Positions 10,352 to 20,114 of a stretch of DNA of 64,000 nucleotides are shown here, piece after piece (the stretch's first letter is position 1; the number at the start of each line of letters is the position of its first letter). The notes beneath the pieces are model-generated. The model was not told the origin of the DNA. It did no database searches and was given only the letters and a program-made list of their open reading frames with translations. The position numbers and the translations under genes were made by a program. The stretch comes from Kingella sp. (in: b-proteobacteria) (GTDB taxonomy: Bacteria > Pseudomonadota > Gammaproteobacteria > Burkholderiales > Neisseriaceae): positions 74,006 through 138,005 of the forward strand of contig NZ_JAUMZV010000001.1 in assembly GCF_030527935.1 (NCBI RefSeq), written 5' to 3'.

Positions 10352-10460
10352 GCCGTCATTCCCGCGTAGGCGGGAATCTTGTTTGATATTCAGAAATAAT
10401 TGTAAAAACAAACCGTTGTTTAAGTTTAACCAAGATTCCCACCTACGCGGGAATGACGGA
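10352..10460. repeat. NIME-like element bounded by dRS3 repeats
   Basis: dRS3 ATTCCCGCGTAGGCGGGAAT at 10358-10377 and ATTCCCACCTACGCGGGAAT at 10435-10454. They lie within the longer inverted repeats GTCATTCCCGC and GCGGGAATGAC. Confidence 0.7.
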
Positions 10461-10673
10461 GAATTTACTGTTTCTTGTTTTATTTTAGGCTTTACAAAGG
10501 TTTCAGGCTGCCTTTTATGATGGCTGAATGGGACTGCGGATGGTTGGGTTGCGGTGGGGTGCAGGGGCTTGCCCCTGCTCGTGGTAGGCGGCGAAACGCC
10601 TGCTCTGGGAAAAATAGATAAAGGCAGCCTGAAAGTGGAAACGATACTTTCAGGCTGCCTTTTATGCTTGGCA

Positions 10674-11894
10674 CTAGGCGATTTGCGCATCGCGCACATA
10701 GGGGTTGCTGCTGTCCCATGCGTAGCCTGCGAGCACGGCGCAGAGCATTTCGCGCGATTCGGGGCTGTGCGATGGGTTGAACACCCAGTCTTGCAGCGAG
10801 CCGTTGTACCAGTTGTCTATGCTGGTTTTGAATACTTGTGCGCCGTAGGCTTGGCGGCTGGCGTAGTCGCTTTGCCAATCTACTTTTTCGCCGTCAAATT
10901 GGCGGGTGAGCGCTTCTACGGCGAGTTTGGCGGAATACATCGCGCTGCTGATGCCTGATGAGAACACGGGATCTAGAAAGCCTGCTGCGTTGCCGATCAG
11001 GGCGAAGCCGTTGCCGTGGTTGTCTTTTACGCCTGCGGAATAGGATGGGATGTAGTGATAGGGGAAGCCGTTGTCCCAGTTGGCTTGGGGCATGATTTTT
11101 TGAAACAAGGGGACTTCGCTGAAATATTTTTTCAGCAATTCGGATGCGCCCAGCAGTTTGCCTGCTTCGTCTTCGGCGCGTTTGAAGTATTGGGCTTGCC
11201 CCACTAGCCCTACGGAGCTGCGTTGGTTGTCTAGTGGAATCAACCACATCCATATATCGCGGTGTTGGGGGTGGACGGCGATAAGGTTTTTGTTGCGGTC
11301 AAATTTGGGGTGGGTTATGCAGTCGTTGATTTGGGTGTGATAGACGTTGTGTTGGGTGATGCCTTGGGTGATTTCCCAGCCGAGCAGGCGGGGCACGGCG
11401 CGGAAGTAGCCACTGGCATCAAACACGAAGCGGGCGTGCAGGTCGTATTGGATGCCGCTGTTTTGTTGGATTTTGAGTTGGATGGGCTCGGTGCTGTTGT
11501 TCATGCTGATGACGGCTTCGCCGAAGTGAACGTCTGCGCCGTGTTGCTGGGCTTGCAGGATAAGGATGTGGTCAAAACGGGCGCGGTCCACTTGCAGGGC
11601 GAAGTTTTTGCCTTTGCCGTGTTTGTGGCGAAAATCAAAGGCGGTGTAGTGGTTTTGATAGGTGAAGGCGATGCCGTTTTTGAGCTGGAAGGGTTCGTTT
11701 TCTATGACGTGCAGCACGCCTGCTTCTTCCAACACGTCCATGCCCAGCGGCAATAGGCTTTCGCCGACCACATAGCGGGGGAAGTGTTGTTTTTCTATGA
11801 CGCAGACGCTGAATCCTTGTTGCCGCAGCAATAAGGCGGCGATTGAGCCTGCCGGCCCTGCGCCGATGATGACGACATCGTATTGTTTTGCCAT
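10674..11894 (-). CDS. FAD-dependent oxidoreductase, flavin-dependent halogenase-like
   Basis: 406 aa. It has an N-terminal GAGPAGS Rossmann motif, a GESLLP block and DIWMWLIPL. The last of these fits the WxWxIP signature of flavin-dependent halogenases. Confidence 0.6.
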   Translation of the reverse strand: MAKQYDVVIIGAGPAGSIAALLLRQQGFSVCVIEKQHFPRYVVGESLLPLGMDVLEEAGVLHVIENEPFQLKNGIAFTYQNHYTAFDFRHKHGKGKNFALQVDRARFDHILILQAQQHGADVHFGEAVISMNNSTEPIQLKIQQNSGIQYDLHARFVFDASGYFRAVPRLLGWEITQGITQHNVYHTQINDCITHPKFDRNKNLIAVHPQHRDIWMWLIPLDNQRSSVGLVGQAQYFKRAEDEAGKLLGASELLKKYFSEVPLFQKIMPQANWDNGFPYHYIPSYSAGVKDNHGNGFALIGNAAGFLDPVFSSGISSAMYSAKLAVEALTRQFDGEKVDWQSDYASRQAYGAQVFKTSIDNWYNGSLQDWVFNPSHSPESREMLCAVLAGYAWDSSNPYVRDAQIA

Positions 11895-12039
11895 GATTTC
11901 GTTGCCTTTTTTGGGGCGATTTTAGGGATTGGGGGGATTAACGAATTTTAGCATTGATTAACGTTTTCAGGCTGCCTATTGGGCTGCGGCTGTGGGGGAT
12001 TGAGTGATGGGCGCAACAGTAGGCAGCCTGAAAATAACA

Positions 12040-12119
12040 CGAGTAGAGTGTGTGGCTTTGCCACTCACCATTTAAGCCATGCTAAACGGTGCGCGAGCAA
12101 GCTCACACACTCTACTCGC
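12040..12119. repeat. family-C stem-loop repeat of about 80 bp
   Basis: GAGTAGAGTGTGTG ... CACACACTCTACTC encloses GCTTTGCCACTCACCATTTAAGCCATGCTAAACGGTGCGCGAGCAAGCTCA. Related copies lie at 47383-47455 and, inverted and truncated, at 26494-26545. Confidence 0.55.
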
Positions 12120-12226
12120 TGATTACTTGATTTGTTTCACTATAAAGCGCAGGGTTGGGGCTTCGCTTGTTTTCAGGCTGCCTTGGGTTGTTGGTGTGTT
12201 TATAGCTAATGTGGTTTTCAGGCTGC

Positions 12227-13009
12227 CTACACCCTATCCTGCGCGCGGCGTTGAAACACCCATTCGTGGTCGTTGGAAGCGGCGGCGTGGTATTGGTAGC
12301 CGTCTAGGTCAAAATTTTTGAGCTGTTCGGAGTTTTCAATGGCGTTTTGCGCGGCGTAGCGCACCATTAAGCCGCGTGCGCGTTTGGCGTAGAAGCTGAT
12401 AATTTTGTATTTGCCGTCTTTTTCGTCTTGAAAAATGGGGGTGATGATGCGGGCGTTGAGTTTTTTGGGGTGGATGGCTTTGAAGTATTCTTGCGATGCT
12501 AGGTTGATGACGATGTTGTCTTCGGCGCATTGCAGCGTGTTGTTGAGCCGCTCGGTGATGATGTCGCCCCAAAATTCGTAGAGATTTTTGCCGCGTGGGT
12601 TGGCTAGGGCGGTGCCCATTTCTAGGCGATAGGGTTGCATTAAATCCAGCGGGCGCAGGATGCCGTATAGCCCCGATAGGATGCGCACGTGGTTGTGGAT
12701 GTAGCTGATGTGTTCTTCGGCTAGGCTGCGCGGGGCAATGCCGTCATACACGTCGCCGTTGAACAGATACAGCGCGAGTTTGGCGTTGTCGGGGGTGAAA
12801 GGGGGTTGCCAGTTTTGGTTGCGCTCGGCGTTGAGCAGGGCGATTTTGTCGGAAACGTGCATCAGCGTGGCAATTTCTTGCGGGGCGAGTTGGCGCAGGG
12901 TGTGCATCAGTTCTTGGGCGTGGTTGAGCAGCGGCGGGGTGGAATAGAATTTAGGGGTGAACTCGTGGCTTTCGTTGAGATTTTTGGCGGGGGAAAGCAG
13001 GAAGTACAT
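12227..13009 (-). CDS. yaaA: peroxide stress protein YaaA (UPF0246)
   Basis: 260 aa. The N-terminus LLSPAKNL and overall colinearity fit the YaaA/DUF328 family. Confidence 0.75.
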   Translation of the reverse strand: MYFLLSPAKNLNESHEFTPKFYSTPPLLNHAQELMHTLRQLAPQEIATLMHVSDKIALLNAERNQNWQPPFTPDNAKLALYLFNGDVYDGIAPRSLAEEHISYIHNHVRILSGLYGILRPLDLMQPYRLEMGTALANPRGKNLYEFWGDIITERLNNTLQCAEDNIVINLASQEYFKAIHPKKLNARIITPIFQDEKDGKYKIISFYAKRARGLMVRYAAQNAIENSEQLKNFDLDGYQYHAAASNDHEWVFQRRAQDRV

Positions 13010-13125
13010 GGTGTTCCTTTCGGGATTTGTGGGTTATTGTTTGATGGGCGTTTCAGGCTGCCTTACTTGGTGTGATAGGCAGCCTGAAATCTTTGTAAAA
13101 CCTAAAATAAAACAAAAATGGTCAA

Positions 13126-13240
13126 TTCTCCGTCATTCCCGCGTAGGCGGGAATCTTGGTTGAACTCACACAATATATTGTTTTTACATACATTTCCGAA
13201 TATCAGACAAGATTCCCGCCTACGCGGGAATGACGGCATT
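13126..13240. repeat. NIME-like element bounded by dRS3 repeats
   Basis: dRS3 at 13135-13154 and 13212-13231. The flanks and the internal RS-like sequence are shared with the copy at 61463-61572. Confidence 0.7.
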
Positions 13241-13361
13241 TCTTATTTTTCAGGCTGCTGCTAGGGTTTGCACAGGTTTCAGTCTGAAATCTTTATAAAA
13301 CCTGTAATCAATGGAGCATTGGCGACAAGCCGCCACCATTCCATTTTTGGTTTCAGGCTGC

Positions 13362-14780
13362 CTAATGCTCGCCATCAGCGTGGTCGGAGTGGTCTTTTTT
13401 ATGCGTTTTTTGTTTGGCGAGCTTGGGCAGGATAAAGTGTATTTTCAAGCCGTTGGGCTGCACGTTTTCGGCGATGAGTTTGCCGTGGTGTTGCTCGGCG
13501 ATGTGTTTGGTAATCGCCAGCCCCAAGCCTGTGCCCGATGTGTTGTTGCTGCTGTCGGCGCGGTAAAACGCAGTAAAGATGTGCGGCAACTGTTCGGGTT
13601 TGATGCCCGGTCCGTTGTCAATAATCACGATGTGAATATTGCGGCGGTCTTCGTGCAGGATAACGCGGATGGTGCTGCCTTGCGGGCTGTATTTCATGGC
13701 ATTGCGGATAACGTTATCAAACGCGCGATACAGATAGCTTTCGTTGGCTTCTAGCTTAGTGGTGTCTTTCAGGCTGCCTGTATCCAGCAACAGGGTGTCG
13801 TTGTTTTGCGCGGCAACGTCTTGGCTGTCTTCAATAAGCTGTTGAATAAATGGAACAATTGCCAACGGTTCTTTTTCCATTGGGATGTTGGCGGTTTCCA
13901 GCCGCGAGAGCGTGAGCAACTCGCCCACAAGGTCGTCCATGCGGGTGAGCTCGTTTTCCAACCGCGTGATGTATTCGACTTGCTTTTCGGGGCGAGCTTG
14001 AATCAGCCCCACAATCGCTTGCATACGGGCAAGTGGCGAGCGCATTTCGTGGGAAACGTGGTGCAGCAGATGGCGTTCTTTGGCAACGAGTTGTTGCAAC
14101 TGCGCCGCCATTTTGTCAAATTGAATGCCCAAGTTGGAAAGCTCGTCTTTGCGGTCATCAAGCTGTTGCGACACGCGGGCATCCAATTCGCCCGCAGCCA
14201 AGCGGTTCATACCGTGCTCCAAAATGCGAATGGGCTTGGAAATATTGCTGGCAAGGATATACGCCAGCAGCAAGCCGACAACCAGCACGCCGCCAAACAC
14301 GATAAATTCATGCCACACGGGGGCGATGGGCAAACCCGGAATCATAAAGGTGGGCAGGCGTTCTATGCGCGGTTTGTCAAAATTGCGAATGAAAAATAGG
14401 TATTCTTCGCCGTAGGGGTCAAGATAAATAAGCGATTGATTGGATGATGGGTTTTTGATGGCAAAATCGTAGGCGTGGGTGATTTCATCGGCGGGGATGG
14501 TGCGATTGAGAATGTCTGCCCCCGTGCTGCCTGTGATGATGTAGATATTTTGTGCGGCAGGCATTTGCCAGCGTTGCAACAGCTCGCGCGTGGCTTGCGT
14601 GCCTTGGGTTTGAAAGGTTACCAGCGCGTTGGCGAGCAAAGCGGTTTCCATGTTGCGGGCTTGCTGGCTGTGGGTTTCGGACAGGCGATTTTGGATGACC
14701 CAAAAGGCAAAGCTGGCAACAAAAATGCCGCAAATGATGACCATGCAAAAGGTGGCGAAAATGCGTTGAAAGAGTTTCAT
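13362..14780 (-). CDS. sensor histidine kinase (two transmembrane segments, HAMP, HisKA and HATPase domains) with no adjacent response regulator
   Basis: The H-box HVSHEMRSPLA and the N, G1 and G2 boxes (IDNGPGI, GTGLGLAI) are present. I take the start at MKLFQRIF (ATG at 14780). Confidence 0.8.
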   Translation of the reverse strand: MKLFQRIFATFCMVIICGIFVASFAFWVIQNRLSETHSQQARNMETALLANALVTFQTQGTQATRELLQRWQMPAAQNIYIITGSTGADILNRTIPADEITHAYDFAIKNPSSNQSLIYLDPYGEEYLFFIRNFDKPRIERLPTFMIPGLPIAPVWHEFIVFGGVLVVGLLLAYILASNISKPIRILEHGMNRLAAGELDARVSQQLDDRKDELSNLGIQFDKMAAQLQQLVAKERHLLHHVSHEMRSPLARMQAIVGLIQARPEKQVEYITRLENELTRMDDLVGELLTLSRLETANIPMEKEPLAIVPFIQQLIEDSQDVAAQNNDTLLLDTGSLKDTTKLEANESYLYRAFDNVIRNAMKYSPQGSTIRVILHEDRRNIHIVIIDNGPGIKPEQLPHIFTAFYRADSSNNTSGTGLGLAITKHIAEQHHGKLIAENVQPNGLKIHFILPKLAKQKTHKKDHSDHADGEH

Positions 14781-14818
14781 GGCGATGGTTGGGCTGATTG
14801 GTTTATGGGCGGAATTAT

Positions 14819-14893
14819 ATAGGCAGCCTGAAAATGCCAAAAGCCCTTGCGGGCAAACAAGGGCTGAGCGGATAACCATTTTCAGGCTGCTTT
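14819..14893 (-). terminator. inverted DUS pair with an inner GC hairpin downstream of greA
   Basis: The DUS pair encloses the inner stem GCCCTTGCGGGCAAACAAGGGC. Confidence 0.45.
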
Positions 14894-14914
14894 TGAGTTG
14901 GACAATGGACGGTT

Positions 14915-15391
14915 CTAAATATATTGCACCGTCAAAATATCATACTCGCGCACGCCGCTGGGGGCTTGCACTTCGGCAACGTCGCCTTCTTCCTTGCCAA
15001 TCATGGCGCGGGCGATGGGCGAGTTCACCGAAATTTTGCCTGTTTTGATGTCGGCTTCATCGTCGCCCACGATTTGATAAGTGGCTTCTTCGTCCGTTTC
15101 TAAATCGGACACGGTTACGGTTGCGCCAAACACGATTTTGCCTTCGGCGTGGATTTCGGTGGGGTCAATGATTTGCGCGTGCGACAGCTTGCTTTCTAGC
15201 TCGGCGATGCGCCCTTCAATAAAGCCTTGGCGGTCTTTGGCGGCTTCGTATTCGGCGTTTTCGGACAAATCGCCGTGCGAGCGCGCCTCAGCGATGGCGG
15301 CAATGACTTCGGGGCGGGCAACGCTTTTGAGCTGTTGTAATTCAGCTTTGAGCTTTTCTGCGCCTGCAACGGTTAAAGGGATTTTTTGCAT
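14915..15391 (-). CDS. greA: transcription elongation factor GreA
   Basis: 158 aa. GDLSENAEY and the C-terminal FKBP-like domain are present. Confidence 0.9.
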   Translation of the reverse strand: MQKIPLTVAGAEKLKAELQQLKSVARPEVIAAIAEARSHGDLSENAEYEAAKDRQGFIEGRIAELESKLSHAQIIDPTEIHAEGKIVFGATVTVSDLETDEEATYQIVGDDEADIKTGKISVNSPIARAMIGKEEGDVAEVQAPSGVREYDILTVQYI

Positions 15392-15566
15392 ATTGGGCTA
15401 CTCCGATGAGATTTTTGCTTTTCAGGCTGCCTTGGGGAACGCGATAAGGCAGCCTGAAAACGTATTTTGTTAATAAAATTTTGCTAATAAATAAAAAGGC
15501 AAGCCACATTTGGATAATGCGGCTTGCGGGGTAAATCTGTGGGGCGCATTGTACCAAATGCGCGAT

Positions 15567-16031
15567 TTATTGCAATGGTTTCATATCCATAAATTCCAAC
15601 AGGAAGTTGGTGAACGCAGGGTTGTTGGGTTTTTCGTGCATGGACGACCAACGTTGTTGCCAGCCTTTGAGCGCGTTTTCCACATAGGCGCGTTGCTGCT
15701 GCGCGGTGATGCTGCCGCGTTGGTTGTCCACAGCGGAGCGCAGATACACTTCATACACGCTGTCGTCCACATTATTATGCCCCACCAAATCTAGGCGGAA
15801 GCGGTTTAAATGCTGCGCGGCTTGCACTTTGGTGAGCTTGCCTTCGCGCACTTGTGAGCCAAGGCGATTGGCTTCGGCGCGGATTTTTGCTACATCGGAA
15901 TAATGACTGGATTTGAGCTTGAAGCCTGCGGAAGAAACGCTGTTGGATGGCGTGCTCACGCTGTTAAATCCGCTTTGGCACGCGCTTAACGCGATGGCGA
16001 GTAGGCTTAATGCGAAGGCTTTTTTTATCAT
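15567..16031 (-). CDS. hypothetical lipoprotein
   Basis: 154 aa with a signal peptide and lipobox LSAC. I do not recognise a family. Confidence 0.5.
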   Translation of the reverse strand: MIKKAFALSLLAIALSACQSGFNSVSTPSNSVSSAGFKLKSSHYSDVAKIRAEANRLGSQVREGKLTKVQAAQHLNRFRLDLVGHNNVDDSVYEVYLRSAVDNQRGSITAQQQRAYVENALKGWQQRWSSMHEKPNNPAFTNFLLEFMDMKPLQ

Positions 16032-16171
16032 GGCGATGCTCCGAGTTAAGTTTTGTTGGCGTGGAATATTAACCTATTTTTGCAATGGCGCAAAGTTTTG
16101 CGGGCGATGTTGCATGGCTAAACAGCTTTCAGGCTGCCTTTGGCGGGGGCAATATAGGCAGCCTGAAACCT

Positions 16172-16335
16172 AAGAACCTGTATTCACTATTTCCATAGAC
16201 ATCTTTTATGCCCTAAAAACGTGGCTACTGCGTTAAAAATGCTCGCAAGGTGTCCAACCTTGCTGTGCTTTTTGCCTTGTATCCGCGCTTTTATTTCATA
16301 AAATCTGCCTATGGAAATAGTGAATACAGGTTCTA
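16172..16335. mobile_element. Correia-like MITE, full copy of about 164 bp with 26-bp terminal inverted repeats
   Basis: AAGAACCTGTATTCACTATTTCCATAG at 16172-16198 pairs with CTATGGAAATAGTGAATACAGGTTCT at 16309-16334. Confidence 0.7.
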
Positions 16336-16425
16336 AAATTGGAGCGGCGACGGCTCGTCGCCCAAATGTTTAATGGAATTTTACTGGTTGGCAAGATGTC
16401 GGCGAGCCGCCGACGTTCCATCGCT
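16329..16425. repeat. family-B hairpin repeat, inverted copy, abutting the MITE
   Basis: Its reverse complement matches the 4751-4848 copy. It contains the near-palindrome GTCGGCGAGCCGCCGAC. Confidence 0.55.
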
Positions 16426-16552
16426 TGCTGGTTTTGCCAAGATTTCAGTTTGAAAAGATTATGACAGGTTAAATCGCCTTGCCCCATTGCACAACCCAAA
16501 GGCAGCCTGAAACCAGTAAAGCACGTTTTCAGGCTGCCTTTGAACTTGGCTA

Positions 16553-16597
16553 TTTATGGATAAACCATTTATAGATAAACCATTTATGGATAAAGCG
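16553..16597. repeat. three tandem 15-bp repeats (TTTATGGATAAACCA-like) downstream of cysK
   Basis: TTTATGGATAAACCA, then TTTATAGATAAACCA, then TTTATGGATAAAGCG. Confidence 0.6.
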
Positions 16598-16599
16598 CA

Positions 16600-17532
16600 T
16601 TACGCCAAATCGGCATAAAGTGCGGTAGAAAGATAGCGTTCGCCAAAATCAGGCAACACGGTAACAATCAATTTGCCTGCGTTTTCGGGTTTTTTCGCCA
16701 ATTCCAACGCTGCCCATGCGGCTGCGCCTGATGAAATGCCTGCCAAGATGCCTTCTTTTTCGGCAAGGGCGCGGGCGGTGGCGAGCGCGTCTTCGTTGGT
16801 TACGGTCAGCACGTTGCCATAGATTTGGGTGTTCAAAATGCTGGGCACAAAGCCTGCGCCCAAGCCTTGAATCACATGCGCGCCTTTTTCGCCGCCGCTT
16901 AACACGGGCGAATTGGCGGGTTCTACGGCGTAGATTTGCACGTTGGGATTGCGCGCTTTCAACACTTCGCCCACGCCTGTGAGCGTGCCGCCTGTGCCCA
17001 CGCCTGCTAGGAAGATGTCCACTTTGCCATCGGTGTCGCGCCAGATTTCTTCGGCGGTGGTTTGGCGGTGGATTTCGGGGTTGGCGGGGTTGTCAAACTG
17101 GCGGGGCATGAAGTGGGTGTCGGGGTTGTTTTTCACCAATTCTTCGGCTTTGGCGATTGCGCCGCTCATGCCTTCGGCGGCGGGGGTTAGGATGAGTTCC
17201 GCGCCGTAAGCCCGCAGCAGCATTCTGCGCTCTTTGCTCATGCTTTCGGGCATGATGATGACGAGTTTGTAGCCTTTGGCGGCGCACACCATCGCCAAGC
17301 CAATGCCTGTGTTGCCTGATGTGGCTTCCACGATGGTGCTGCCTGCTTTGATTTTGCCTGTTTTCTCGGCGTTTTCCACCATTGCAATGGCGATGCGGTC
17401 TTTCACGCTGCCTGCGGGGTTAAAAAATTCCAGCTTCACCGCCACGCGGGCAGGCAAGCCTTGCGTTAGGTGGTTAAGCTGAACAAGCGGCGTGTTGCCG
17501 ATTAGGGCGTTGATGTTTGCTGCGATGGCCAT
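16600..17532 (-). CDS. cysK: cysteine synthase A (O-acetylserine sulfhydrylase)
   Basis: It has a PLP-lysine region (SVKDR) and [11 protein letters not shown] prefer the ATG at 17532, which has an AAGGA ribosome-binding site. The listed ORF starts at an upstream TTG. Confidence 0.9.
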   Translation of the reverse strand: MAIAANINALIGNTPLVQLNHLTQGLPARVAVKLEFFNPAGSVKDRIAIAMVENAEKTGKIKAGSTIVEATSGNTGIGLAMVCAAKGYKLVIIMPESMSKERRMLLRAYGAELILTPAAEGMSGAIAKAEELVKNNPDTHFMPRQFDNPANPEIHRQTTAEEIWRDTDGKVDIFLAGVGTGGTLTGVGEVLKARNPNVQIYAVEPANSPVLSGGEKGAHVIQGLGAGFVPSILNTQIYGNVLTVTNEDALATARALAEKEGILAGISSGAAAWAALELAKKPENAGKLIVTVLPDFGERYLSTALYADLA

Positions 17533-17871
17533 GATTGCGTCCTTTGGTTGGTTTTGCAAAATTGCGATTGGGCTATGTTACGGGGGAATAGGGGGAAAAT
17601 AAAAGAATTTCTGTTACTTTGTTTTATAACTGGGCGATATAATACTGCGCTTTTTTTGGCTATATTATTCGGTCGGCGGTCGGGTTCTCAAATCCGGCAT
17701 TTGTTTGGCTGATTTAGGCAGCCTGAAAATGGTTTGCACGATTGCTGTATGCTTTTCAGGCTGCCTACTATTATTGCCTGCCGATATTCGCTCGCATTAT
17801 TTCACACAAGGCAGCCTGAAAACGATTTCATCCAATTATTTCGTTTCAGGCTGCCGCAACAAGGTCTCGTT

Positions 17872-18216
17872 ATGAACAATCGCCCGCTCTATTCTCTTTG
17901 GTCTGCGCAAGCCGCTTGGTGCGCGTTGATTGCGCTCACGCTGCTGTGGGATTGGGCGTTTGCGCCGTTGCACACGGGGCGGGCGTTGCTGCTGATTAAG
18001 CTGTTGCCCCTGCTGCTGCCGTTGCGCGGGATTTTGCGCGGGCGGGTGTACACCTATCAATATGGTTCTATGCTGATTTTGGCGTATTTTTGCGAGAGCG
18101 TGATGCGTTGGTTTGACCCCACGCCGTTAAGCCGTGCGCTGGCGGGTGTGGAAACCGCGCTTTCGGTGGTGTTTTTTGTGTGTTGTTTGTTGTATTTAAA
18201 ACAGTTTAAAAATTAA
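17872..18216 (+). CDS. DUF2069-like small membrane protein
   Basis: About 115 aa starting at MNNRPLYS with three predicted transmembrane segments. The upstream extension of the listed ORF is DUS read-through. Confidence 0.45.
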   Translation: MNNRPLYSLWSAQAAWCALIALTLLWDWAFAPLHTGRALLLIKLLPLLLPLRGILRGRVYTYQYGSMLILAYFCESVMRWFDPTPLSRALAGVETALSVVFFVCCLLYLKQFKN

Positions 18217-18233
18217 AAAGAAGGATTAGGCGC

Positions 18234-20114
18234 ATGGATGTGTCTCAACGCAATGCTTTGTTTGCCCGCGAAACGCTGCCGCTGTGGCTGGGCTTGTTTT
18301 TGATTGTGGTGGCGGTGCCGTTTTCCATTATGCGTGTTGGGCCGTTGCCCAGCTTTTTTTTGGAAGCGGGGTCGCTGCTGGGCTGTTTGGCTTTGCTGGC
18401 TTTGACTTTGTTTTCAGGCTGCCTGAAAGCCCGCCCGCCCGCTGCATCGTATTATTTTATGGCATTGGCGGTGTTTTGGGCGGCGCAAGCACGCATCATG
18501 CAGCTTGCTTATGTTGGCATGAGCGACATGGCGGCGTGGACGTTTGCCATACTGGCGTTGCTGTGCTGGGCGTGTCGCGGCTGGATGGTGCGTTTGGGCA
18601 CGGAGCGGGCGGTGTCTATTTTGGCGGGGGTGCTGCTGCTCGGCGCGGTGCTGCAAGCGGCGGTGGGCTGGCTGCAATATGCGGATTTGGCGGGCAAGTT
18701 TCACGGCGTGCTGATGTATCGCAAGGGCATTGTGGAAGGGCAGCTTGCCCAGCGCAATCATTTTGCCCATTATTTGATGTGGGGCGTTCTGGCGGCGGGT
18801 TGGCTTTGGGCGCAACGGCGTTTGGCGTGGTTTGTTGCTGTGCCGTTGATGCTGTTTGTGGCGGCGACCATGGGCTTAACAGGCTCGCGCACGATTTTTG
18901 GCTATGTGCTGGCGATGCTGATGTTGTTGCCGCTGTATCGCCTGTTTTCAGGCTGCCTAAGCACGCGCACGGTGTGGGGCTTGGGCTTGGCGGCGGCGCT
19001 GGTGCTGCTGGGGCAATTTGCCGTTGAGCCTGTGTTGGATTTATTCCGCGAAGGCACAATTACCAGCGCAGCAGACCGCATCAGCAGCGGCTCGCAAATC
19101 GCAGGCTCGGGGCGCGGCTACGAATGGCAAAAAGCGTGGCAAATCTTCCTATCTGCGCCGTGGTTTGGCTATGGCTGGGGCAGCTATCCGCTGTATGGCT
19201 TCTTAACCAATGTTTACCCCACCACCTTCCGCCCCTACGAAACCGATGTGCTGTTTACCCATAGCCACAATTCTTTTCTCAACCTGCTTGCCGAAATGGG
19301 CATCGTAGGCACAGCCTTGGTTTTATTGGGCATGGTTTGGGCGATTCGCGGCTGTTTTCAACGGCAAAACGCGCCCGCAGGCGTGTTTATGCTTGCGCTT
19401 ATCGCTGTTTCATTGGTGCACAGCACGCTGGAATATCCGCTTTGGTACATCTATTTGCTCAGCATTTTCGCCCTGTTTCTCGGCTTTGCGCCTGCATCCG
19501 CCAAAGCATCCGCCCAGCCTGCATTAGGCAGCCTGAAAATCATCTACGCCGCCACCGCCTCGGCAACCGTGCTATTGAGCGCAGGCATTGTGTACATGGC
19601 AACCGTGTATCAAGATTTGCGCCAATTCTCCGATGGCAGCAATGATGCCGTGCAGCAAGCCAAAAACATCGCAGGCTTGCAACGCATCGCCCGCCACAAC
19701 GCCATGCTGCGCTACTACGCCCATTTTCAGCTCATCAGCCATTTTGACCCCAGCAGCGCAACCGTGCCGCAATGGGCAGCAGAAGCCGCCCAATCGCTGC
19801 AATACCGACCCTATGCCAACGCCCAACGCTACGCCTTCGCCGCCTACCGCGCAGGCAACATTCAGGCTGCCCGCGATTGGATGATGCTGATGTATCACTA
19901 CTACCCCACCAAATTCTCCGCCTATTCCAGCCCGATTATGGAAAGCCCGTATTACCCGCAGCTGCAAGCCGATTTCACCGCCCAATGCCGCGCCTACTAC
20001 GCCAGCGTAGAGCAAATCCCCATTTGCGCCCAAGCCAAGCCAGCCAAGCCCGAGATTGAAGATGTGTTGCACAATATGCGAGCGATGCGCGGTAGCCGCG
20101 CTTTTAGGGCATAA
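18234..20114 (+). CDS. pglL: O-antigen ligase-family protein, pilin/protein O-oligosaccharyltransferase PglL-like
   Basis: 626 aa. It is polytopic with a Wzy_C-type region, and its size and architecture match Neisseria PglL. The last ~10 codons lie inside a MITE fragment. Confidence 0.6.
   Translation: MDVSQRNALFARETLPLWLGLFLIVVAVPFSIMRVGPLPSFFLEAGSLLGCLALLALTLFSGCLKARPPAASYYFMALAVFWAAQARIMQLAYVGMSDMAAWTFAILALLCWACRGWMVRLGTERAVSILAGVLLLGAVLQAAVGWLQYADLAGKFHGVLMYRKGIVEGQLAQRNHFAHYLMWGVLAAGWLWAQRRLAWFVAVPLMLFVAATMGLTGSRTIFGYVLAMLMLLPLYRLFSGCLSTRTVWGLGLAAALVLLGQFAVEPVLDLFREGTITSAADRISSGSQIAGSGRGYEWQKAWQIFLSAPWFGYGWGSYPLYGFLTNVYPTTFRPYETDVLFTHSHNSFLNLLAEMGIVGTALVLLGMVWAIRGCFQRQNAPAGVFMLALIAVSLVHSTLEYPLWYIYLLSIFALFLGFAPASAKASAQPALGSLKIIYAATASATVLLSAGIVYMATVYQDLRQFSDGSNDAVQQAKNIAGLQRIARHNAMLRYYAHFQLISHFDPSSATVPQWAAEAAQSLQYRPYANAQRYAFAAYRAGNIQAARDWMMLMYHYYPTKFSAYSSPIMESPYYPQLQADFTAQCRAYYASVEQIPICAQAKPAKPEIEDVLHNMRAMRGSRAFRA

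Noticed and set aside
10492-10958. ORFs 10492..10878 - and 10554..10958 + next to the halogenase-like gene
   Set aside because: They span the NIME/dRS3 element and DUS copies and overlap the 3' end of a real gene. Their composition is Arg, Pro and Gln-rich repeat translation.
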